Of a DNA stretch of 64,000 nt, positions 1 to 13,195 are shown piece by piece. The translations under genes and the position numbers were made by a program. The notes below the pieces were generated by a model, which was not told where the DNA came from, made no database searches, and worked only from the letters and a program-made list of their open reading frames with translations. Source of the stretch: Eledone cirrhosa (taxonomy: Eukaryota); the NCBI GenBank assembly GCA_964016885.1, contig OZ024744.1, forward strand, positions 58,094,001 through 58,158,000, in the 5' to 3' direction. How positions within the stretch are numbered: the first letter of the stretch is position 1; every line of letters begins with the position of its first letter.

Positions 1-1020
1 TTCAGCATCTCGGCAGCTATACCCGATGGACCAGTTGCCTTCCCAGTCTTCATATATTTGATTGCCTTACTTACTACGCTGCTGCTGACTTGTACTGCTG
101 GCCCCTCTATAGGGTCTACTTGGGGTAGGGTCTCTTCTCCCCATGCATTCTCCTCATTTAGTAATCTATCATCTTCCACACATCGTTCTTCTCAGCACTT
201 GTGAGGGCAAGCTCACCTTCATCATTCTGGATACACTTCTCTCCAATGACATCACAATTCTCTCTGACACACTGCCTTGCAATCTTGAATGTCTCTTGTT
301 TCTGGTCCTCACGTTGCAAGACATGCTTGAATTTTCTATCCTCCGCTTCCCTTCTAGCTAAGTATAATTGCCACCTAGCTTCCCTCCTGGTCTCTATGTA
401 ATGTACCCTGCTTCCTCCATTCTTCCATTCTTTCCATGCCTGTCTCTTAGCCTTAACTGCCTCATCTACCTTATTTGTTCCACCACCAAGTCACTCTCCT
501 CTTGCCTGTGGTCTTACTCCAGCCACAGATCTCATCCGTCGCCTTTAGTAAGTTATTTTTTAGGAACTCCAAGTGCTCTTCTACATTGAATGTCTGTATC
601 TGTTCTTCTTTACTCGCATAGGTGTCGAGTAAAATATCTTTAAATCTATTACTGGCTGAGGGGTCTTTCAGCTTCCAGATCTTTCTTCTCCAGGTTGGCT
701 TCTGTTTCCAGGTTCGTCTAGTTCTGACCATGAGGTCCCTGACAACTAAGTTATGTTGGGAGGTACATTCTTCATCTGGGAAGGCTTTTGTGTTTACGAC
801 CGTCCATCTGGCACGTCCTCTGATGAGGATAAAATCTATCTGACTAGAATGCTCCCCTGATCTATAGGTGATCAGATGGTTGTTGGGTTTTTTGAAGTTT
901 GTGTTACATATCAACATGACATAGGCGTTGCAGAATTCTAGAAGTCTGAAGCCTTCTTCATTTCTTGTGCCAAACCCATGGCCTCCATGGACTCTATAGA
1001 CGCCGATGTTTACCTACGTG
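1..1020 (-). mobile_element. Degraded RTE-clade LINE fragment (AP endonuclease C-terminal part and linker)
   Basis: Minus-strand ORF 471-917 reads NTNFKK..HLITYRSGEHSSQIDFIL..CTSQHNLVV..WWWN and is colinear with the LINE at 52300-53450. Stops and frameshifts lie outside this ORF. Confidence 0.88.
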
Positions 1021-1023
1021 TCC

Positions 1024-1054
<31 letters not shown>

Positions 1055-1256
1055 GAGAGAGAGAGAAAGCGATAGATGTATATACTAACCTAACAAGAAG
1101 CTATTAAAGACTTTAAAAGAGTGTATATGAGTGTGTACGTGTGTGCACACGCATGGGCGCATGTAATGGAATGGAGACTAGGTTCAAATTGACTTAATAA
1201 TAAAGCTTTTATAGTAAATTCAATAAAGCAAAGCAAACGCTTAGTAATTTGTTAAG

Positions 1257-1257
<1 letters not shown>

Positions 1258-1325
<68 letters not shown>
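1258..1325. repeat. (AAT)n microsatellite
   Basis: Direct reading. Confidence 0.97.
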
Positions 1326-1326
<1 letters not shown>

Positions 1327-1519
1327 TGAGGAAGAGGATGAGGAGGAGGACTTCTGCTGTGCTGAAAATCTCATTAGTAGAAACTGATTTGGCATTTTTA
1401 AGCTGACTGAGACTGCAGGCTGCATCATAATTGGTTGTGGTGGTAAAGTAATTGTGGTTCCATGTATGTGAACTCTTTTATACTCATTAATAGGCATGAA
1501 GCTATAACAAAAAAGGTAA

Positions 1520-1525
1520 ATATAT

Positions 1526-1575
<50 letters not shown>

Positions 1576-1616
1576 TCATCATCATCATCATCATACGTCC
1601 GCTTTTCCCTGCTTGC

Positions 1617-1690
<74 letters not shown>
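1520..1690. repeat. (TA)n microsatellites around a short reverse RTE 3'-tail remnant ((CAT)n plus acgtccgcttttccctgcttgca)
   Basis: Direct reading. The remnant resembles the reverse complement of the 55300-55343 tail. Confidence 0.85.
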
Positions 1691-1693
<3 letters not shown>

Positions 1694-2336
1694 ACCAATT
1701 CTTCCTAATACAAAAATAAGGATTGTAATGGAATAGAAAAAAAATCAGAAAGAACAAATTTAAAAAAAAAAAACCTTTCTTATTTTTATACTGCTTGAGA
1801 TTTAATGAAGCACTGAAACAAACTAAATTACCAATTTTGTGGGTGGGTGTGTTGGTGTGTGTTTCTTTTTTTTATCAGTTAGTCAGGAGGGAGGAGAGCA
1901 TGCAAAACAAAAAAAAATGTAAAAAAATAAATAAATAAAACCAGTGTACCCCAGTATGGTCGCAACCTAATGACTGAAACCAATAGAAGTACAAAAGAAA
2001 TAATTCTGATAACAATTCTAATAAAAGAATAAAAATTGAAATTGAATAAAAATCAAGAAGAATAAATAAATGAATAAATGAATACATAAATAAACCTCGT
2101 TCTTATTCTTATTGTGACTTAATGACCAAGTTATTTGTTGTTGATGCTGTTTTGTTGTTTTTCTTTTACATTTAGCAATGGAATGGGGATGTTAATCACC
2201 TTTATCAGGGTCTCTAAAAATGGTGGTAGGAAGGAGGGAGGGAGACAGGTAATGATCATTAAATGAGAAACTTGCTTCAAATGTTAGCAACAAAATAAAT
2301 TTTGATAAATGCATCCAATGACTTGTGGTATTGAAC

Positions 2337-2735
2337 TGGGTGACAGATTTAGTCTACCACCCAAGGATCACATGGTGGTGTTTTATTGGGTAACAGATTA
2401 AGTCTACCACCCAAGGATCACATGGTGGTGTTTTAATGGTTCACAGATTAAGTCTACCACCCAAGGACCAGCTGGTAGTGTTTTATTGGGTAACAGATTA
2501 AGTCTACCACCCAAGGATCACATGGTGGTGTTTTAATGGTTCACAGATTAAGTCTACCACCCAAGGACCAGCTGGTAGTGTTTTATTGGGTAACAGATTA
2601 AGTCTACCACCCAAGGATCACATGGTGGTGTTTTAATGGTTCACAGATTAAGTCTACCATCCAAGGACCAGCTGGTAGTGTTTTATTGGGTAACAGATTA
2701 AGTCACCACCCAAGGACCAGATGGTGGTATTGAAC
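2337..2735. repeat. 50-bp minisatellite, about 8 units, with alternating A/B variants (100-bp higher-order repeat)
   Basis: agtctaccac/agtctaccat recurs at 2351, 2401, 2451, 2501, 2551, 2601 and 2651, with a degenerate unit at 2701. Variants ggatcacatggtgg and ggaccagctggtag alternate. Confidence 0.95.
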
Positions 2736-3515
2736 TGAACAATGGATTAGTCTGTCATCCAAGTAAGCCATAGTCAATCCAGTGCAGAGTAAACCCTCAG
2801 CTACTACTGGTACTCATTATCAGTTGAATGGACTGGAGCAACATAAGATAAAGAGTTTGGGTCAAGAACATAATGTGCCATCCAGTCCAAGAATCAAATC
2901 TATGACGTTACAATCGTTGGTCAAACACCCTAACCATTAGGCCTTGCACTTTCACACTTAAGAAGAGAAACCAAGAGGAAAGCCTCTGTTGTGTGAATTG
3001 GTAGAGTAGTGTGATCGTTGGAGGAACAGCTTCAGTATTTGTTCCAAATCTCAGTGCTCTGAGTTCAAATCCATTGAGATTGATTCAGCCATTCATCCTT
3101 TCAGGATAATTAGATAAAGTAGCGGTCTCAGGGAAGTGAATTGGCAGAATAGTTAAAGCATCAGACAGGATACTTTGCTGTATATGTTCCTTCTCTGTGT
3201 GTTCTGAGTTCAAAAATCATTATGTAATGCAGTTATGAAACAAAAAAACAATACTCTAAAGGACACTTAAAACATTTTAAATATCAAAATATTAAAAACT
3301 GCATAAACATATTCTCCACTCATGAGAATTTCAAAACTGCGCCATCTAAACATTATGTTGATTAGCTGCCTCAACTTATACACAGGAATTTTTCCCATTT
3401 CTCACACATAAAACAGGGTGTTCAGCTTATATTTGGATCAGCTTATATACAATATATATATATATATATATATATCCCGGGTGAACCTGCAGTAACTCCA
3501 ATTTACACCCCCTGG

Positions 3516-3884
<369 letters not shown>

Positions 3885-3934
3885 GAAATAAGATAACAAG
3901 GACGATTGGTTACTCCTTCATTACGTTTATTGGT

Positions 3935-4022
3935 CGGTGACGCGCGTTTCGCTACTGATCTGCTCAAGGTTAAATCTGTATTGATCTGACCCGACTCTGT
4001 AATCCGCAGCTCGTCAGACCCC
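3935..4022 (-). ncRNA. Hammerhead ribozyme motif (left pLTR)
   Basis: Minus strand reads GGT-CTGACGA-GCTGC..GTAGC-GAAAC-GCGC-GTC-ACC: intact core, 5-bp stem II, palindromic stem III (ACGCGCGT) and a short stem I. Confidence 0.8.
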
Positions 4023-4623
4023 TTGTAATGTTAATGGGAAAATGAATACGTGCTGTATGATAAAGTCAGAAGCTCCTATGGTGGTCATTAAAGTTTGTTT
4101 TGATTGGTGGATTAATTCATAGGGATGTTATTGCCTGTAGTGTATGTGGGGTGTGTGTGTGGTGATAAGTTGGTGGTGACGGTCGCAGGTTGAAGTGGGC
4201 TGTGGTGTGGGGGTGCTGGTTATTAGTAGATAGTTTGGCATGTAGATGTGGCTGATTTTTGTGTGTGGTTTAATAGACACACTGTCAAATTCTCCTTCTC
4301 CACAGCACCAAATCTAGGCGACACGATAGCACACACTAATAGGACAAAAATACGCAAACACATGATAGCACTACAACCAACCACTAGCACAACCCAGAAA
4401 GAAACCACACACACGACACAACAACCCACATGCTAGCTCCACACAGAATACAAACAACAAACCCATAACCCCCAACTGCAACTGCAAAAAGCAGGTAGAA
4501 TGCCAATTATACGGGAAGTGCCTCGTTAAAAACATTATTTACCGGTGCGATGTCACAACTGTCCGAAAAGAGTACTCCTACATAGGGGCGACCTCGACTA
4601 CGTTTAAGGAGCACTGGTATAAC

Positions 4624-7000
4624 CATGGGTTGGAAAAAATTAATTGGTTAAAAATTAATTGCAATTAATTGGAACATGGTTGAACATCATAGCTCTTTTA
4701 TTGAGAGAAAGAAATTTTTTTTTGTTATTTATCCGGTTAACGGTTATACCTCTATAAACCCACGATACCCTTTTAGTTGCACTCTTATTCCGATCTTAAC
4801 AACATCTGGTTACTAATTCCCCGGCGTTATTCCGATTATATTCTTGTCGTTCATTTTCTAAAATCACTGTAGTTTAAAGTCCTTCTCGTAGCCGAAACGC
4901 GAGACAGAGGGTACGCCTTTCTGCGTGCACCTAAAATTATTTGCTTCTCAACACTGTCGATCCACTACCTTCGCGTGTAGGTTTCTGTGTTCGATTTCCC
5001 CGGTGATAACTACTCATTCGCACGCCTCGTTCACAGAAGAATTCCAAAACAACTTCCTTTTTAACGTTCTTATGTAATCACGATCACTAATCTAGATTTT
5101 AAGTACTGAGAAATATTTTTATGATTATATAAATAACCATGTCTTCAAATGAACGAATCGTAAAAAGATATTTCAATAGAATAGACGATGACACAGGCTT
5201 TTGGAAATGCAAATGCGGAAAAGAGTTAAGCCAAAAGAAAGGAACTGGTTGGAGTAATTTGATGAATCATGTCAAAATCCAACATCCAGAGCACTCAAAT
5301 TTACAGGAAAACAAACAACAAACATTATCGAAATTTGTCACAGAAAATTCTTCTAAAAGTGGTACAGTGAGTCGTTCTGCATTAAACGTGTATGGCTGGA
5401 TTGAATGGGTATGCATTAGTTTAAAACCGTTTTCTTTTGTCGAAGACCCATTAACTCAAAAGTATACCAATTTGGGTTCTATGACCAATGTTACTCTGAA
5501 GAAATATATGAGTAAACTCACTTTAGAAGTAGCAAAAAAGATATCGAAAGAACTCCCAGGAAAATTCGCGCTAGTTATCGATGGCTGGAGTAAGGGGTCG
5601 ACACACTTCGTTGGGCTTTTTGCCTCCTACCCTTGGAATGATAAAAAGGGATACCGGTCAGCTTTGTTATTATTTTCACCACTGATGAACGAAACCTCAT
5701 TTACTTCTTCCGACCACGTGGATTTTATTGAATATACGTTAAGTCTATACGAAAAAAGCTTAGAAAATATCGTTGCGATTATTGGTGATAACGCTGAAGT
5801 CAATAAATCAATAGCGAAACTGTCTGGTATCCCTTTGATTGGTTGTGCTTCCTATAAATTTAACTTAGCAGTTTCTGCTTATTTAGAAAAGGAGAAAATT
5901 CTACTCAATAAAATCAACGAGCTGATGGGAAAATTGAAATCTTTCAAACTTACGGGCAAATTAAGAGAACAGACAACACTAAAACCCCTTCAAAGAAATA
6001 TAACTCGTTGGTCAAGTACATTTAATATGATTGAAAGGTTTATTCAAATTGAATTTTTTATTGTGGGGGGGGGGGTCTTTTAAGGACGACGCTAAACTCA
6101 TTGATTATCTTTTGACACCTCGGGAACGCAAAGATCTCAGAAACCTGGAAGAGAATTTGAGAAAACTGCGTTCAGTTACAAACGCTTTACAACGAGAAGA
6201 AATTGATTTGTGGGATGTTCGAGTTCTCTTCAATGAAATACTCATCTTTTAACTATATGAAGAATTCAAAAAATACTTGCTGCCTTCGGCAGATATCGTT
6301 CATTGCTCTGATTTCGAGAATGGTATTGTTAAAATACTTCAAAAATCAGAAGAAAGGCTTGATGTGCTAGAAGTACACGCTTTACACAGATTGGAATTCA
6401 CTGAAATATCGAAAAATTCAGACTCTTTAGTGGGAGACGATGATTTCGCTTCAATTTGTCTGAAGAAGCGCAGAGTAAATGCAAATTTATCTAAGAAATA
6501 TCCAGATTGTAGATTTATTCTACCGACGTCAAATATAATAGAGCGTTTCTTTAGTTCAGCGGGATACGCTTTTAATGATTTTCGCCAAAGCTTATCACCT
6601 TTGAATTTAGAAATGCAATTGTTTCTAAAGGCTAATCGCTCTTACTGGGATAAAGAATTAGTGTCTACGATTTTCAATCAATCATAAATTGCTTTTTATT
6701 TGCAAATAGTTGCTTATTCATAGTTTAAATTAAATATTTTGCTAATTTCTCTCTCGGAATTTAAAACTAGAACTTTTTTTTCTCTCTATTTTTGCATCAT
6801 CGGAATCTCCTATGTTCAAAACATAGAAATCCGAAGAAATTCTTGAAAAAAAACCCAAAAAAGTACCAAGAGTACGCTGCTGCAACAGCAATTAATTGCA
6901 ATAATTGATTGGTTAAACAGACAAAATCCAATTAATTGATTGGGTAAAATTTTAATTGATTGGGCAAAATTTTAATTGATGTGGTTATACCCAAGCCCTG
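4624..7000 (+). mobile_element. hAT-superfamily DNA transposon, full length (about 2.4 kb)
   Basis: 8-bp TSD GGTATAAC at 4616-4623 and 7001-7008. Imperfect TIRs CATGGGTTGG / CCAAGCCCTG (8 of 10 match). Subterminal AATTAATTG repeats at both ends and an internal transposase. Confidence 0.93.
5139..6687 (+). pseudogene. hAT transposase (about 515 aa) with one frameshift and one in-frame stop
   Basis: BED-like finger (WKCKCG..GWSNLMNHVKIQHP), catalytic IDGWS and GDNA motifs, TRWSSTFNMIERF, and a C-terminal dimerisation motif PTSNIIERFFSSAG..RQSLSPLNLEMQLFLKAN. Frameshift at the G11 run (6065-6075) and TAA at 6250-6252. Confidence 0.9.
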
Positions 7001-8207
7001 GGTATAACCACAAAAGCTCCTTCAAACACAGGCTCAAACGATCCCAAACTAGACTGGCCGACTTGATCTGGGACCTCAAAGACAAGAACATCGAATTCCA
7101 GATCAAATGGTCAGTTAAAAGACACGTGGCCCAACTCCCCAGCGACAGAAACCACTGCAGGTTATGCCTGGCCGAGGCGGCTGAGATAATTAAATTGAAA
7201 TCTGCGATAAACTCTAGGTCTGACATAATTATAAATTGTAGACACACCAGGATGACCAACTTCTCTGTACAAATATTCGGCCGAGGGCCACACACTAACC
7301 CTGACTCAACATAGTGATAACTACCTTTGCCTTGCCACGCCGTCCCTCATCTCAGTGCATTTGAATTATATAACATGTAACCCTTTGAAAGTTCAGATTT
7401 TGTAAATATCATGTCACACCCATCACCCCACCAACAGACACATCGCCATACATCCCTCATCCCAGTAACATTGTGTTCTAGGTGTCTTCTCTGTCAGGTT
7501 TTAACTTGTAACCCATTGTAACACCCGATCCTGTAAATATAATGTCGAACAAATCAAACACATTGCCATACTCCACCATCCCTTATTCACAACCTTGTTC
7601 CCCACCCCCCGTGTTCCCTATGTCCTTTTTTAACCTGTAATCCATCGTAAAATTCGATCCTGTAAATATCATGTCGCACCCACCACCACCACCACCAGGC
7701 ACATCTCCATACTTCAACAATCATCAACATCACCAACACATATTATCCCTCCCTAAACAACGCATGTGTGTGTGTCTGTGTGTAAGTATATGTGTACAAC
7801 GCCATCTCCAGTGGTTCTATATATATACACGTGTGTATGTATACAACGTATTTGTCAGACTAAGTGTGTCTATGTATCTCCTTATGGAAATGACACCACA
7901 AACACAATCATCACACCACCATAAACACGTCAACCTTTAATCTTTATCACAAACAACAACACCACACACAAAAATCAGCCACATCTACATGCCAAACTGT
8001 CTACTAATAACCAGCACCCCCACATCACAGCCCACTTCAACCTGCGACCGTCACCACCAACTTATCACCACACACACACCCCACATACACTACAGGCAAT
8101 AACATCCCTATGAATTAATCCACCAATCAAAACAAACTTTAATGACCACCATAGGAGCTTCTGACTTTATCATACAGCACGTATTAATTTTTCCATTAAC
8201 ATTACAA

Positions 8208-8295
8208 GGGGTCTGACGAGCTGCGGATTACAGAGTCGGGTCAGATCGATACAGATCTAACCTTGAGCAGATCAGTAGCGAAACGCACGTCACCA
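8208..8295 (+). ncRNA. Hammerhead ribozyme motif (right pLTR)
   Basis: CTGACGA 8213-8219; stem II GCTGC (8220-8224) with GTAGC (8275-8279); GAAAC 8280-8284; GTC 8289-8291; stem I GGT/ACC. Confidence 0.78.
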
Positions 8296-8654
8296 AAACC
8301 AATAAACGTAATGAAGGAGTAACCAATCATCCTTGTTATCTTATTTCACTATAATACACTCTGTCTAGCTCTACACCTCAACACTGAAGTGAACCTAAAC
8401 ATCAAGTGCTCAGCCGGGTGACCCTACAGTAACTCCAAGTTACACTCCCTGGATATATATATATATATTGATGAAAGCGCACCAAGATTGGCTTGGCTGC
8501 CCTTGAAATATGTATAATAAAATAATTATGGTTTTATAAATATAGTTTCCATTTATTAATATATTGAATATTTACTCCAGTAAACTATTGAGTGCTCTAT
8601 ATCAGTTATAAACTTTTAAGTTTGTTGGAATCCCAACAAATTAAATATAACTTC

Positions 8655-8701
<47 letters not shown>

Positions 8702-9186
8702 TCATCATTTAACACACATACATACATAGTCACAAATGTATGTAGAAAATGAAAGATAGACTAATCTGCCAAATTTGTTGCTGTTTGGTATGCAAAAAGA
8801 GAAAAGATTGGAGGAAAGAGTGGGGGAAGAAGAAGGTAGTGGAAGGAGAAGGAAGTGGCAGGAGGGAAAAGAATTACACCATAAAAAGTAATAAAAAAAT
8901 CAATTGGAAATATTTCAATTATTCCAGGCAGAAGATAATTTATTTTATATTCTTTTGTCCTTTTACCCTTTTACTGGTTTCAGTCATTAGGCTGTAAAAA
9001 TACTGGGACACTGCCTTGAACGGATTTCACTAGGTCATATCTAACCCTCAAGTGTGGTGCTTATTTTAGTAATCTCTCTTTGTTGGACCATTTGTCTATA
9101 AGACATGAAGGGACATATGGAAGGCAGCCCATCTAGCAGGGTAGTCACTCCAAATTAATAACACTGCCCAGAATAGATGTTGGCTC

Positions 9187-9403
9187 CTTAACCTTTTAGT
9201 ATTTAAATTGGCTGCATCTGGCCAGAATTCTCTTACCTCTTTCTGTTCAAACTGGCTGTAACTGGCCACTCATACTGACGTTAAGGTATTGTTCTCAAAA
9301 TAAATCATATTAAAATCTCATAGATTTGATATTATATGAGATAAAGCCTTTACTGCAAAAATATAATAGCATATATAGAGTAATGTAAATGCTAAAGGGT
9401 TAC
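9187..9403 (+). mobile_element. piggyBac-type MITE (about 210 bp)
   Basis: Ends TTAACCTTTTAG..CTAAAGGGTTA. The interior is shared with copies at 13779, 38789, 47468 and 62386. Confidence 0.75.
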
Positions 9404-9689
9404 ACCACAAGTAAGGCAGCCATCTAAGAAGGCAGTTATTCCAAATAAAATAAGATTGCACAGAGCAGACATAGGCTCTGTAAGCTGTAGTGAAAGCAAC
9501 CCATCTAGCTGAGCAATCACTCTGAATATAATCTGTTACTGGTTAGAGGGGGCTCTTAAGTCTAATCAGACAACCTCTCTAGTACTGGTGCCACAAATAA
9601 TGCACCAAGTTCATGGTGTAAAGTGGTTGGTGTTAGGGAGGGCATCCAGTCAGAAAAAAAATTTACCAAAACTCATGACCAGCATAGAA

Positions 9690-11450
9690 TATAATATAGG
9701 AAATGGTGATGTGGTAAGAGAAGTAGACATTCTACTAGCTGAGAAATGAGTAAGTGAGGTAATTGTAGTTAGAGTAAGTGAGAGCACAGAATAGTCAGAC
9801 AATAGAATGATGACAAGTATCTCTAGCTATGCAGCACAAGTAATGACCAAAGCAACTATTTCTATGAGGAATTACTACAGACAATCTCAGTTACAGAAGA
9901 AGCAATCAAGGAGATGAAAAATGGTAAAACCGTTGGATCGTCAGAAATAGTCTCTGAGATGCTAAAAGCATCTGGAGAAATAGGATTTGAATCACATAGT
10001 CAATCAGATAATGCAGGATGGAATAATACCCATGCAGAACAATCATAAATTGCTACAATGGTAAATGGGATGTTCTAGGGAGGAGCAACTACAGAGAAAT
10101 ATAACTAATAGATCAAGTTATGTAAGTGACCGAAAGAGTTCTAACACAGCTAATTAGGGAAAGAGTAAAATTAGATGAGATACAGTTTGATTTTATGCTG
10201 AGGGGGAGCACCACAGATATCCTCTTCTTAGTAAGAGAAGTATATCTAACTTTCATGGATCTGGAGAAGGCCTTTCACAGAGTACTACAAGCTGTCATCT
10301 GGTAGTCCCTAAGGAAACTAGGCATAGAAGAATGGTTTGTGAGAGCAGTGCAAGCCAAACGAGCTATCAGTAAAGTGAGAGTAGGTAATGTGTTTAGTGA
10401 AGAATTTAAGGTGTTCATCAGAGCTGTCCTCAGCTCATTCCTGTTTATAACAGTTCTCCAGGCCAAAACAGAAGAGTTTATGAATGGCTGCCCATGAGAA
10501 CTTATATATACTGATGACCTAGTTCTTATAAATGAAATGGTGGAGAAGCTAGAGAAGAAATTCTGGCTTTAGAAAAAGAAAAAAATAGAATCAAATTGGC
10601 TTAGAGTAAACTTGGGGAAAACTAAAGTTTTAGTAAGGAAGGAGTCGGGACCCTGATCCCTTAAGGGAAGAGGTCTTGCTTGATATGTAGGAAACCAGTA
10701 GGTAGAAATTCTATACAATGTACACAATACAAATCTTGGGTACACAAGAGCTGTAGTGAGATAGCAGGTAGACTAATAGAAAAGGAACAGTTAGTTGTAA
10801 GAGCATCAGATAAATAGACTTTTTCCAATCCCAGGAAAGATCCAGAAAAGTGGTTGATAGATTCTGCTACCTAGGTTATTTAATTAGCAGTGGAGGAGGT
10901 TCCTGAGAGCATAGTAGTTAGAATAAAAACAAGATTGAAAATATTCAAGAAACTACTACCTCTGTTGACAACAAAAGGTTTCTCTCTATGAACAAAAGGC
11001 ATGTATGATGCATGTATATGGTGTGCAATGTGGTGTGCGATGTTGCATGCTAGTGAGACATGGGTAGTGACTGCAGAGGTTGTGTGAAGGCTAAAGAAAA
11101 ATGGAACAAGCATACTTCAATGGATGTGCAATGTTAATTTTTGTAAATGACAAAACATGAATGAGTGGAGAATAAAGCTGGTTATAAATCAAATGCATTG
11201 GTATGGACATGTGATGTGTACGGATTATAATTGTTGGATGAAGAAGTGCCAAGAAATCCCCTTGAAAGGAAGTTGCAGTAGAGAGAGAGAAAGGAATACC
11301 TTGTTGAATGTTGTGAGAGCTGATCTCAAATCGCTGAAGCTCACAGAGGGGATGACAAAGGACTGTAAGGAGTGGAGAGATGCTGGGATGAAAAAAGACC
11401 CATCCAACCTATGCAAACAGAAAAATGGATGTAAAATGATAATGATGATG
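9690..11450 (+). mobile_element. Heavily degraded RTE-clade LINE (RT, Cys-rich insert and 3' end)
   Basis: Remnants of FMDLEKAFHRV, ELIYTDD, CTQYKSWVHKSCS and WYGHVM are colinear with 53400-54960. Ends in (GAT)n. Confidence 0.85.
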
Positions 11451-11496
11451 ACAATCTATATGTGTAATATATATATATATATATTTTTTTTTTTTT

Positions 11497-11690
11497 TGCC
11501 CCCATCGGTCATTAATGACCATGGTTTTGCCCCTAGAAGATTTGTTTGTGAAAGACCAGCAGTCACCCATGCATTCCAGTCTCCCCTCTCCATGCCTCTG
11601 ATGTTGTCCAAGGGAAAAGCGATACCAATACAGCTTCGCACCAGTGACGTTGCAACTCATTTCTACAGCTGAGTGAACTAGAGTAACATG
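11497..11690. mobile_element. Short interspersed repeat (related copies near 15690-15770 and 37998-38100)
   Basis: Shared core cggtca.taatgaccatgg..ttgtggaagaccagcagtc. Confidence 0.65.
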
Positions 11691-11814
11691 ATATATATAT
11701 ATATATATTTATATATTTGATATATATTTATCCTTATCGAGCCCTCTTTGGATTTTAGTCTTCAAATTTATTATTATTACTATATATATATATATATATT
11801 ATGTTGATAAGTGT

Positions 11815-12582
11815 TGTCATATGGCAGTGGGTACACCTTATAACTCAGCTCTTACCTTCAACGGTGGTACTGCTCCTATGAAGGAGGTTGAGGAGACTAA
11901 AGATCTTGGTCTGCTGGTCAACTCGTCCTTCAAATCATCAAAACATTGCATTCAAGCCGCAAACAAGGCAAGGAGCTCTCTTTTTCTTATTCGACGCTCC
12001 TTTGCCAAACTCACTCCAGAAATGTTCAGGCTTCTCTATGTCACCCTCATGAGACTGCACCTAGAATATGGCATCCAAGCATCAAACCCATATCTCATCC
12101 GGGATATCCATCACTTGGAGAGTTCAATGACTAGCGACTCGAATGATACAGGGTCTTCATGAGCTGCCCTACGAAAGCCGGCTGCAGAAGCTGAACCTCT
12201 TCTCCTTGGAGCGTTGACAGCTACGAGGCAATCTCATTTTAGCTTACAATCTCTTCAATGGCCATTACGATCTCCCTCAAGATCTCCTATTCACTCCGGC
12301 ACTTGAAAGGGGTCTACATGGACATGACAGAAAGCTGTTTCACTGCCGCTTTCGCCTAAATAGACGGAAAGCTACTTTCTTGATCCGCGTCTCTGGACCC
12401 TGGAATCGGCTTCCAGAAGAAGTAGTCAACGCGCCAACCACGCAACAATTCAAGGAGAAATTGGACCGGTGTTGGACCCTGTGTTTCCGACTGTGTAAAT
12501 TTTGCCCCTCTCCCCTCCTTACATGGCATCTGAAGCTTCTATGTTTTATTTTCTGCCAAATATATTGAATTGAATTGAATTT
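11815..12582 (+). mobile_element. 3' fragment of a CR1/L2-group LINE
   Basis: EETKDLGLLVNSSFKSSKHC..IRRSF..YVTLMRLHLEYG..RLQKLNLFSLE..WNRLPEEVVNAPTTQQFKEKLD, followed by a (TTGAA)n tail. Confidence 0.85.
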
Positions 12583-13014
12583 ATATATATATATATACAT
12601 ACACACACACATATTTATTGTCATGATATATATATATATGTGTGTGTAGGTATGTGTACTGTGCTTCTTTTTATAAGCCCCCACCCCAAATAAAAACATC
12701 TCTGCACTCCCTTATATATACACATGTGTGTGTGTGTGAGTGTGTACATGTGTATGATAGTTTATTGTGTTGTTGTTTTTTGTTTTTTTGGGGGGACGGG
12801 GCTGCAGATTGCTGTTGTTGTTGCTGCTGCTGCTGCTGACTGGTTAATTAACTGAAAGTCATTATAAATAGGAATGTAATTAATATGTGAAGATTGATTG
12901 TTAAGTATGTTTAATTACATGGGTAAAATTTGGTAACTGAGCAAACAGAGAACAAGGACTGCATCAGCAATGATAGCATGATGATAAATCCAGGAGAGTT
13001 TGGTGCATGTCAAT

Positions 13015-13195
13015 AATGGTTTCTAATTTAGGTACTCAGCCAGCAATTTGGGGCTAGAGGAATGTCGATTATATAGGTCCCATTTTTTGTTTTTACTGGC
13101 GAAAAGCAAAATCGACCTTGATGGGATTTGAACTCAGAACATAAAAAGCTGCTAAACATTTGGCTGATGGTCTAACAACTCTGTCAATCCACCAT
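13015..13195 (-). mobile_element. tRNA-derived SINE (octopus-type), degraded
   Basis: Shares gatttgaactcag and ccagcaattt with the copies at 26870, 29065 and 56019. Confidence 0.7.

Noticed and set aside
2337-2735. CRISPR-like array
   Set aside because: No unique spacers, no cas genes, and a eukaryotic context. It is a minisatellite.
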